Shown in pieces: positions 38,601 through 50,600 of a DNA stretch of 64,000 bases. A program made the position numbers and the translations under genes. Source of the DNA: Stegostoma tigrinum (lineage: Eukaryota). The stretch spans positions 51,156,390-51,220,389 of the forward strand of contig NC_081371.1 of assembly GCF_030684315.1 (NCBI RefSeq), in the 5' to 3' direction. The notes under the pieces are model-generated. The model was not told where the DNA came from. It ran no database searches and saw only the letters and a list, made by a program, of their open reading frames with translations. Numbering within the stretch: position 1 is the stretch's first letter; each line of letters begins with the position of its first letter.

Positions 38601-41600
38601 ACCAGGCGTCAGTGAGCAGGTGCTATTAGTGGCACCTTCCATCACTAAGTATCTGGGCATTACCAGATTGGAATAATAGATCATCTAACAGCATGGTGTT
38701 GAAGAGATTTAAAATAAAATATTTTCTAACCAACCTGTTCAGGGATGCAATTACACATCTCTGGGGCAGTTGGGATTTTAAACCAGGCCTCCTGGAGATA
38801 ACGTGACACCTATATTTACAAATCACAAGATGAGCTATGCTTTGCTAAACATACTCTGTTCATAAACTCGGAAGTAGACTTTTTGATAAATTGGCACTTC
38901 AATTTCAAGATCCCTCAGCAAGCTCTTTGAGCAACAGCCTCTGCTAACTCCAGTTCCTGCAAAATCATTGCCCATGTGTCCACCCTGCATTAAATTCTGC
39001 TTAACACTACATCTTCGCTATCTCCGGCAGTTCCCTGTACCCTTAGAAACCTTGAAATGGCAATCCTCATTTTCCAAACTCATCATTAAGGTGCTAATGC
39101 CTGAGCATGCAAACATCTCTANNNNNNNNNNNNNNNNNNNNNNNNNNNNNNNNNNNNNNNNNNNNNNNNNNNNNNNNNNNNNNNNNNNNNNNNNNNNNNN
39201 NNNNNNNNNNNNNNNNNNNNNNNNNNNNNNNNNNNNNNNNNNNNNNNNNNNNNNNNNNNNNNNNNNNNNNNNNNNNNNNNCCCCTCCCACATCTGAAAAT
39301 CCCATTCAAAGAGATTTACCAGGATGTTGCTGGGTATGGAAGGTTTGAGTTATAAAGAAAAGCTGGGTAGGCTGGCACGTTTTTCACCAGAGCATAGAAA
39401 GTTGAGAGGCGACCTTATAGATGTTTACAAAGTATTGAGGGGTATTGATAGAGTTAATAGTAGTTGTCTTTTCCCAAGGATGAGGATTTCAAGACTAGGG
39501 AGCACATTTCAGGGTGAGAGGAGAGAGCTTTAAAAAGATATGAGGGGCAACTCTTTTATACAGAGGGTGGTTCACAGGTGGAATGAACGTCCTGAGGAAG
39601 TGGGGGATGCAGGTACAGTTACCACATCTAAAAGGCACTTGGATAAGTACATGAATAGGAAAGGTTTGGAGGGATTCAGGGCAGGAGCCAGGCAGGTGGG
39701 ACTAGTTTTGTTTGGGATTATGCTGGAGGGTCTGTTTCTGTTCTGTATGACTCTATGACCCTGTAGCTCTTTTCAACCAGACTTTTAGTCCACCCCCTCT
39801 GCTGTGTGACCCTGGAAGAAAAACATGAAAATGAGTTATGAAAATGGTCAAATGCATCTTACTTACTTCACCCTGGAGCTCCAGTGCAGCAATTTTTAGT
39901 TGAACTAGGTTCGTCCCTGGCAAGCTCCTTGTGACATTATTTAGAGAGAAAGATCTACAGGGAACATTTTTGTATGACATAATGTGTCATCATGTTCTGA
40001 AATAAACTTTCTATTCTTCATTCTTTTCAGGGATGTCATTGCTACTGGCAAAGCCAACATTCATTCCCCATCCTTAATTGCCCTTGAACTGAGGCCATTT
40101 CAATGGGCAGTTAACAGTCGCCTACATTACTGCAGGTCTGGGGTAGGTAAGAGTGGCAGGTTTGATTTCTTTCCCTAAAGGTCATTAGTGAACTAGGTGA
40201 GCTTTTAAAATTCATCAGTGCTGATTTATTTACTTAAATTTAAAGTTGATCAGATACATTGGAATTTTAACCTACGACTGCAGAGTAACCTGTACGATTA
40301 CCAGCTGAGTGACATTTCCACCACTTCTCGCACCGTCTGAGTGGATGGGAGAAGCAGGCTTAATATTCGCTTCAAAAGAAAATTGTACACATTTTTGAAG
40401 GGAAAATATTACAAAGTTACAGACAGAGATCAGAGAAGCCACCTGTTTTTGAACTGAAACCTATGCAAAGTAGCTGGCTTGTGTGTAATGTAGCAGAGAC
40501 GGCCAGCTGAATGCTCCCATCAGGTTCTGCTTCAATGCTGCCATTCTTAATGACCAACACGAGCTCACCTTTCCCAGTTAAGAGTCAATGTACTGCTAAG
40601 TAGGGGCATGGCAATGCTGACTGAGTTTCCCAAGTTCCATACAAAGAGTAATACTCCATTCATGCATCATTCATGCTGCACATGCCTACACACACTGAGC
40701 ACCAGAGTATCGCACTTACTGCTGATCATGGTCAAGCAGGACTACATGCGGTGCAGATTCACCAGAATTCTACCACCAAAAAAAATTTTTTAATGTATCA
40801 GCCCTGTTTGTGGATTGGACTTGTAGCTCATTGAGGCTATAAAAGGGAACGGAATTATGTTATTTCAGCAAATTACAGGGTTTGACAGGGAGCATAAAGA
40901 GAATCTATTTCCTCTGGTGGAGAGTACCAAACGAGGTGGCAGAATTTTAAAAGTAGAACAAGGGTTAACACGAGGGGAGGGAGCAATTGAAAATGTTAAA
41001 ACTGTAATTAGTAGGGCTTGTTAATGAAGGGAATCAAGATTCTGGAGCCAAAGCAGGGAAGTGGAGTTAGGGGACAGTCCATGATCTCAATGAACAATAG
41101 AACAGGCTTGAAGTTGCTGAATTAGTCTTTTTCCTTTCCCTTTGAGTGTGATGCTGTTGTCTTCAAAGGTCAGCATTCTAAAGGCAGTGAATGATTTGTT
41201 TATGATGTGTGAACCCACCCTGACTTGTTATGTTATAATAGAAGTGCTATGAAAATTTTGACCATCTAGAAAATACCTTGTATAATAACATCATCGTCCA
41301 GGTATATCACCTTTTCATGATCACGAATAAGATATGGAATGAAGTATCGGACAAAGTTGAGCTGAAATAGAAAGATATTCTGTCAAATGGCAACTCTATA
41401 TGAAAATAACTGAAGAAAGGTCAGCAAGAGAAACATGAAGCAAGTCAGGATCACTGTGAAGCAGATCAGGAGAAGCAGAAATCAGACCAGGATCACCATG
41501 AGGCGGACTGGCATCAGTGTGAGGCAGATTGGGATCACTGTGAGGCAGATTGGGATCACTGTGAGGCAGACCAGGATCATTGTGAGGCAGACTGGGATCA

Positions 41601-44600
41601 TTGTGAGGCAGATTGGGATCATTGTGAGGCAGACTGGGATCAGTGTGAAGCAGATTGGGATCACCTTGAGCCAGACTGGGATCAGTGTGGAGCAGACTGG
41701 GATCACTGAAAAAGAGAAGAAAGTAAATCTAACAGCAGTGTCATAGAAAGCCGTGAGTTGATCGGTGAATTTTGCAGCTTTGTTTATTTCTCTCCGAAGT
41801 TAAACTAAAGTGCAAGGAAATTAGAAGTTTCTTGACAATGGGATTGAGTAATTTCTAATATTGCATGCAGTTCTCGTCACTACTAGAAGGACATGGTTTC
41901 TTTGGTGATAATGCAGAGAAGGTTTACCAGAATGTTGTTTGGTCTGGAGGGTTATAGTTATGAGGAGAGGCTGGATAAATTCAGATTGTTCTCACTGGAA
42001 AGGCGGAAGCTGAGGGTTGACCTGATAGAGGGCTAGAAAATCATGAAAGACATAGGGAGGGTGGACAGTCAGAGGCTTCTTCCTCAGGTAGAAAGGTCAA
42101 CTATGAGGGGGCAGACATTCATGGTGAGAGGGACAATATTTAAGGGAGAAGTGTAGGGGAAATTTTCACACAGAGGATGCACTGCCAGTGGAGGTGCTGC
42201 TAGTGGACACATTATCAATGTTTACGATATATCTTGATAGACACATGAACAGGAGGTGAATAGAGGGATGGATACTGCTCGTGGGCAATAAGTAGTGGCT
42301 CTCAATAAGTACTGGAATCTTGGTGAGCCAAAGGGCCTGTTCCTGTGCTGTATTGTATTGTATTGTACTGTGTAATACATTTCAATCAATCTCCCTGTGT
42401 CTAAGTGATGACAGAAGATGAGAACTGAATGATGAAGGGTCTAGGCCCGAAACGTCGGCTTTTGTGCTCCTGAGATGCTGCTTGGCCTGCTGTGTTCATC
42501 CAGCCTCACATTTTATTAGCCTGTTAAGTCTGTACTTTTTTAAGTCATAGACTTTATTATTTAAGACAAAGAGGAATGGCAGAGCAGCTTCAACTCCCGG
42601 CATTTTTAGGACAAAGCTTCTCTCTTTGACAATTGTGTAAATTTTGGATCCCTCTGCCTCAGAAGACAGTACAGGCACAGTCATTACATTTTTTAAGCCA
42701 GAGATAGGTTGATTCTTCTGAACCAGTGGAATCAAGGGCTATTGTGGGTCAGTAGGAATGTGGAACTCAAATAACAAAACACATCAGCCATGAGCTTATT
42801 AAGTAGCAGGACAGGCTTGATGGGCTCAATGGCCTATTCATAATACATATGTTTTGAGGAGCATGTTAAGTAAATCTGTAACACTGGAGTAGGCTTTGTG
42901 AAGGGTGTATCCCCAACCTATTATTCCGGGCTCAAAGCATTCATACTCACAGGTTTCAGTAACTCGGGTCTTGCTGAGTCTGGTCTCACTTTCCCCTGCA
43001 GTATTGCAGCATTGAATTCCATCATTTTGTAGTGGATGCCTTTCAGCTTTGTGTTTTCGATCCATTTGCTAATGGAAAGTGAGCGGGCAGGGGTGGTTGG
43101 ACAGAAAACATAATTAACCTGTTTATCTATCTGAAGAAATGATGATTCGCAGAAGTGGAGGAGAGCACACAAAAGTAAAAGCCATAATAAGGTGACGAGA
43201 AATCTTGTCCCTTTATACAATGATATCAGGTTCCTTCACATCAGCTCTTCATCCGAACTTATCTCCATTCATCCCACTAAACCTAAATAACATGATCGCA
43301 TTATGTGTTATATTCAGAATCATAATGGATGTCAATGAATAACTATCATGTTTTTGGGGCAGCAGAGCAAATGCTTCCTCCAATTTATCAGGATTCCAAC
43401 TTGTCAAAGCCATTTGACTCAGTCATTTGACTTCCATTTAATTTCGATCTACCACAGAATCCACTTCTTGTTTAGTGTGGCCTGACCTTTGGGAGTTAAG
43501 GGGCTGTCATTGGGACATGATGGAACAGGATGGGGGTCATTCCTAGGGGGCATTATGACAGAGTGGATTGCCCACCTCGTATAAAACTTGCCCAATTTTC
43601 AGCGATTGAGTTAAGACTACATCATATTCACTGCACAGAAATAGGCCATTCAGCCAATCCATGTAAGCACTTTTCTCCTCCCTTTTCTTTTGTAGGATAT
43701 AGGCAGCATTGGCAATGCCAGGATTTATTTACTATCCTTAATTGCCCCTTGGATAGAGAACCTCCCTTGATCATTTTAAAGCGTGGTTAAAAGTCAACCG
43801 CATAGCTGGAGGAGGGAGTTACATATAGGCCATACCAGGAAAGTGTGGCAGGTTTCCTTCCCTAATAATATTAGTGAACTAGGTGTGTTTTCTTTACAGT
43901 AATTGGTTACACGGTTGACATTGGATTAACTTTTAATTCCAGGCTTTTATTTATTTCAAATTTCACCATCTGCCATGATGAGGTTCAAACTGATGTCTCC
44001 ACAACAATAGTCTAAGGTTCAGGATTACTACAGTAGTGACATTTCCATAATACTTCCATCTCCACATGTCCCTGAATCCACTGTCTTGATCGGTCATGGT
44101 TTGAGCACTTTTCTACTCTCAGCCGTCTCTGCTCTAAGGAGAACAATCCCATGTTCTCCAACATCACTGACATCTTAATTCCTGGACCAATCAATCTGTC
44201 TTCTCTAAAATCTTCATGCCTACCTGAGGTGTTGTGCTCAGTTCTGAGCACCATACTCCAATTGAGGCTGAACAAGTTTGTACGGGTTTGTCCTAGTTTC
44301 CTTGTTTTTGCATTTGCTAGGCCTCTAAATGGAAAAGTCTAGGATCCCAAATGCCTCCCACATTTGTATCAGAGATAATGGGAACTGCAGATGCTGGAGA
44401 ATCCGAGATAACAAAGTGTGGAGCTGGATGAACACAGCAGGCCAAGCAGCATCTTTGGAGCACAAAAGCTGACGTTTTGGGCCTAGACCCTTCTTTTCTG
44501 ATGAAGGGCCTAGGCCTGAAACGTCAGCTTTTGTGCACCTCTGATGCTGCTTGGCCTGCTGTGTTCATCCAGCTCCACACTTTGTTGCCTCCCACATTTG

Positions 44601-47600
44601 ATGATTTGCGAATCCATACCCCAAAGCCTCTCTTGTTTGCCTTTTGGAATTGAATCCTTAATTTATATTGTTTTTTCTTTGTTCTTCCTAGCAAAACGTA
44701 AGGTGGTTATGAACATTAATTTAACAAGAATTAATTTAACAAATAATTGTAACTTCTTGTCACAATGTAAAGGCTTTATTTTCCTAACAACCTCTTTAAT
44801 GAATTTCTGGTTATCTTAAATATTTGCCCTCCCACAGAGCTGTCACCTCACTAGTTGGTAAAACTGTCATTTTTTCAGAGAAAAGAAAAGACCTGAAATA
44901 ACATGTATTAACAAGTATCTTACCTAATATGAACGAGGGAGTCTCTCAGTGTAATTATGTAGAAAATGATATTGGCATTAGTGTTGCTATAGATACTGTT
45001 GATTGTTGCAATTGTTCCACCCAATCGGTCTTCTGCAGCACAGATTATAATTGGTATCACATCTTCGGGAGCAGAATCATCAGAAGGAGGAACATTGCTC
45101 TGTTTCACAGTATGGCCTGCATTGTGAACAGTTGGAGATTCAGGTTCTTCAGCTGAATAGTAAATGTAGATAATTAGGTCATTGAAAGGGAAGAGAGGGT
45201 AACGTTCACTAATTAATTGCCACAAGACACAGAAATTGACAGCACAGAAACATTCATTTCAAAATGTCCATTCCAGGATCCTATGTACATTATATTATCT
45301 CATACTATAAGAATATCTTTCCTTCCTCATGCACTTATCCAACTTGCCCAGAAATACATCTTGAGATTGGCTAGAAAAATACCACATTTCATCAGAGATT
45401 TTTCTTTTGTACTCTTCAGGACAATTCACAAGAATACAAAAGTAGTGGGGAAAACAAGTTTAGGATGGATGAGAAAAAAATGCTGATTGCTTGGCAATAT
45501 ACTTCACTTTGATCGTTAAACCCAAATATGCAGCATTTCTTGTTTGAAATTCAGCAAAAGTCTACCCCATTAAAAACGAAAAGACAAACTAATTATGATC
45601 TATGAAGCCAGATTTCAGTCTGGGATCTGAATGATCCAGTAATAACTCATCTTGATAATCTGAGTCATAGTTGGTGATGGTGAGGGGGATTGACACCTTT
45701 CTCTGAAGCAAACACTGGCTGTTTTTCCTGCCTAGTGCCAGAATTTAGGACATCTTCTTAGGGATGGAATGGTGGTGCAAGGATCAATGGTTATGATCCA
45801 GTTCGGTACTTACAATGTAGGTAGAACTGGGAAAGAAGTTTCACGTAGAGAGAAGGGAAGCTAGGCATTTAATTAAGAAGATTTAATGGTTCTTAGTGTT
45901 CCTGATTAACAGCATCCACAGTTCTTTTGGTTTTGATTAACTAAGAAGCACAATGTCAAAGGTTATAATCTCTGGATTATTACTTAACCGATGTGCTGAT
46001 TGGCATCGGTACAAAACATGAATATATGGCTCAAAGACTGGTGTGAAAGAGTGGGTTCTCGGGCCATTTACACCAGTACTGGGGAAAGTATGAGCAATAC
46101 CATTGAATTGGTCTATATCTGACCATGCTGGGGTCAGCGTCCGTGTGAACTGAATAAATAGAGAAGTGGAGGGGTTTCAAGTGAGATAGTGAGGGCAAGG
46201 AATCAGAAATGAAAAGAGCTGTTATAACAAAGAGTAGAGACAAGGTAAGTGAGGAAAATAGTAACATGGGCAATTCGGATCTAACCCCACGTGCCTGCTT
46301 CTGGCCCCTGTCCCTCCAACCATTTCCTATTCATGTACTTATCGAAGTGTCCTTTAAACATTGTAACTGTGCCCGCATCCATCACCTCCTCAGGAATTTC
46401 AATCCGCACATGAACCACCTTCTGTGTAAAAGAATTCCCCTCATATCTTTCTTTAAATCTCTTTCCTCTCACCTTAAAAATATACACCCTAGTCTTGAAT
46501 CGTGGATAAAGACACCTACCATCAACCCTAACTATACTCCTCACCTGTCACCTGTCAATGTCCTACACTAAAAAAGTCCCAGCCTAACTAGCCTTTCTTT
46601 GTAACTCAAACCTTCCACACCCAGCAACATCCTGGTAAATTTCTTCTGAATCCTCTCTAGCTGAAAGAAAAGGACAAACTAAAGCTCTGTATCTGAATAT
46701 GTGTAGCATTCATAACAATGTACATGAACCGATATCATATATTTAAACAAATAATGTTCTGACAGCCATTATAGAGACACTGCTACAGGGTGGCAAAGAT
46801 TGGGTCTTCAATGTGAAGGGGTATATGACATTAAACTTAAACAGAAGACTAGGTGGAGGGGTAGCATTGTTAATCAAAGATGATATCCATGTAATAATCA
46901 GAGGCTGGGATATGGAATTGGGCTGCATGGAGATAAGGAATAGTCAGGGAACAGAGAAAGAACTCACTTGTGGGGTCAACAGGCTCTCTAACAGTAAGTA
47001 CAACGTTGGACAAATTAGACAAGAAGAAACATTGTGTGCTTATGATAATGGGACAGCAATAATCATGAGTGATTTTAATCTACTTGTCAGAGATAACACA
47101 GTGTAGAGCTGCAGGAACACAGCAGGTCAGGCAGCATCAGAGTAGCAGGAAAGTTGACGGTTCTGACCAGGACCCTTCATCGGGACTGGTGAAGCGTGTA
47201 AGCCCAAAACATTGACTTTCCTACTCCTCTGATGCTGCCTGACTTACTGTGTTCCTCCACCCCCACCCCCACACTGTAGAGGCTAGGATACGCTAGACTT
47301 GATACTGTGTAATGCGACAGGTTTAATTATTTTTTTAAAATTCAGTCATGGGATGAGGGAGTTTTTTTATTTCCCATCCCTACTTACCTGGAGGCCAGTT
47401 AAGAGTCAACCACATTGCAGTGGGTCTGGAGTCACAGGTAGGCCAAACCAGGTAAGGATAGCAGTTTCCTTTCCTAAAAGATATTAGTGACCCAGATGGG
47501 TTTTTCCTGACAATCAACAATGGATTTATGGTCATCATTAGACTCTTAATTCCAGATTTTTATTGAATTCAAATTCCACCACCTGTGCAGCAGGATTCAA

Positions 47601-50600
47601 ACCCGGATCCCCAGAACCTTACTTGGGTCTCTGGATTAACAGTCCAGTGATACCACTAGGCCACTGCCTCCCCTAATTACCTCAGCGTAAAGGCACCTAT
47701 AGGTGGCAGAAACAGTATGATGGAATTTTACATCCAACTAGAAAGGGAGAAGATTTTGACTAAAACTAATGTTTTAAACCCAACATGGGTCAACTACGTG
47801 GAATTCCAGAGGCATTTGCTAAGAATCCTAGAATCACAGATTCATGGTGCAGAAGGAAGCCATTCAGCCCATCAAACCTTGCTTTGTCTGTGCATCACAT
47901 TGCAAAACTGTTGCCTTTCATGTAATTTTTAAATCTTTCTCCTCTCACCTTAAAAACACGTCCCCCCCCCAAGTCTTGAAATCTCCCATCCTAAAAGAGT
48001 TAAAGGAATTTTATAATGAACTCCAAAGAGTTGAGAAAAGTTTACTTGCCTGTTCAAAAAGAGTAGAGTGAGCTTTGCTCTGTATTTAAGCCAGTGCTGC
48101 CCCTATTCCAGGAGTGCCCCGTGGGCACGGTGTTGAGGGGACCTGACTTTTCTGTTTATATCCCATTTAAAAGAGTAGGTTGGGAAGGAGAACAAGAACT
48201 GTGGCAGAGCTGACATCAAACCGTAAAATCCAACTGAATGTTAAATGGCTTCAAATCAAAATCACTGTACAATCTGGAATTCCACCGTTCCTCGAACCCA
48301 GATGAACTCCCTCCTGTAAACAACACAGGAACACTCACCTGCTTCCTCCTTGTACAGCGACATTTTGTGAAATTTGTTGTAAAGGACCAGGCAAAATGTC
48401 AAAATAACTAGGAACAGCAAGCCCTGATTAACTAGAAAAAAAACACCAAAAGTGAGAAAAAGACAAAGTATTTATCAAGGAAAGAGCAAATCCAAACAGA
48501 TTAATCAGCACTTCAACAAGTAAACAAAGCTCATTATGAAAAGCCATGAATTTCTACAAAAATATTTACAAGATACTAAAACTTGTACTTGTTTTGTGAA
48601 TATGTTATTTTATATCAATGTTGTTAAGGATAAATGCATTTTGAAATGACTGGAATATACATCAGAAATTTTGTCCCTGGAGCTTGAGATGATTATTGGC
48701 CCTACCTCCATCCCAACAATGGCCTCTGAAATGTCCAGTTTCAAAATAACACAAAATCAGGCTCGGCAGTTTATTATAGCAACAAATACAACAACAATGT
48801 GAATTTATTCAGCACCTTCCATATCATAGAAAGTCCCAAGTTGATTCCATTGGGGTGTTAACAGATAAAGTTTTGACACCAAGCCACACTTGGAGATATT
48901 GGGGGCAAATCAAAAGTTCGATCAAAGAGGGGAGCTTTAAGGAGCATCTTGAAACAGGAAAGTGAGACAGAGGGGTTGGAGAGCTTGCTATACAGAGAGA
49001 CTGCTGTGAATGGTGACGCAGTCATAGTTGGTGAGCCATGAAGGGGCCAGAATTGGAGGAGTGCAGAGATCCAACAATGCTGTCAGGCTGCATGGTAGTG
49101 CTGTGTACTGGGACTGGTAAATGAGGATTTAGACATTTGTGCCTGTAGTCCAGCTCAGGTGGAATTATTGAGAATGGCCCAGGCACCTCATTACACAAAT
49201 CTATTGAGAGCAGTAAGTTACTACAGGGGAGGATCAAGCAGCTCTTTCACACAGAATTATATAATGGCTACAATGGAACAGATCGCTTGGCCCTGTCTGA
49301 ACATCTGGGGTTCTTCCACCACATCAGCAGTCATTCCTAAACTCATGTGCCTAGCTCCAATACCTCCTTAATTCTCATCCACTTTTCTAACCTCTTCTTA
49401 AATGCTGATAAAAGATTCCTGAGGGGTTTTGACAGGGTGGATGCTGACAAGACAGGGAAAATTATAGCTGGAGACATAGGTTTAACAAAAGGGATCTCCC
49501 ATTTAATAGATAAAGAGATTTTTCATTTCTCTCAGAGGCTTATGAGTCTGTGGAATTATCTTCTTCAGAAAGCTGTGGAGGCTGGGTCATTTAGTATTTC
49601 AAAGCCAGAGGTAAATAGATCTAAACTTCTGAAGAGTTATACTGGACTCAAAACATTAACTCTGTTTCTCTCTCCACAAATACTGCCGTTTCCCCAGGGT
49701 TTCTCCAGCATCCCTTGCATCTGTTGGAGATAAATCCTTGACTGTCAAGAGTTATGGAGCAATCAGGAATGTGGATTGAAGACATGAACAAGTCAGCCAG
49801 GGTTGATTGGAAGGGGAGCCCAGCAGGGAAGACAGTGGAGCAGCATAGGCAGGTGTTTCTGGGGATAATTCGGGAAGCACAGCAGAAATTCGTCCCAAGG
49901 AAGAAGAAAGGGGAGGATTAAGGAGACGGTGAGGCAACCATGGAAGTCAGGACAGCATAAAAGAAAATGAAAAGGCATATAACATGGTGAAGATCAATGG
50001 AAGCCAGAGATTTGGGGAGCCTAGAAAAACCAGCAGAGTGCAATTAAAAACACAATTGGTGGTGGACGGTGGTAATATGATGAAATATGAGAATAAAGTG
50101 GCTAATAATATAAAGGACAGCTACAAAATTTTTGTAGATATAAATAAGGTAAGAGAGAGGCAAGATTGGACATTGGACCGCAGGAAGATGAGGTTGGAGA
50201 AGTAGAAACAGGGAACAAAGAAATGGCGGAGGAACAGGAATGGGTATTTTGCATCAGTTTTCAGGATGGAAGATAACAGCAGCACACTAGAACTTCAACA
50301 GAACCAGGAGGCAGAGGTGAGGGTAGTGGCCATCACTAAGGAGAAAGTGTTGGGGAAGCTGAAAGCTCTGTAGTGGATAAATTACCTGGACCAGATGGAC
50401 TGCACCCCAGAATTCTGAATGATTAGTTGAAGAGATTGTAGATGCATTGGTGGTGATCTTTCAGGAATCACTGGAGTAAGGGAGGGCACCAGATGATTGG
50501 AAGATGACTAATTTAATACCCCTGTTTAAGAAAATGTGGAGGCAGAAGAGAGGAAACTACAGGCCCTTAACCTGACCTCAGTCGTCAGTGAGATTTTAGA

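Noticed and set aside
38968-39355. ORFs spanning the N run
   Set aside because: Artefacts of the assembly gap
41435-41746. 103-aa repeat ORF or CRISPR-like array
   Set aside because: Tandem units with no unique spacers; the ORF arises from a stop-free 21-bp unit in an intron
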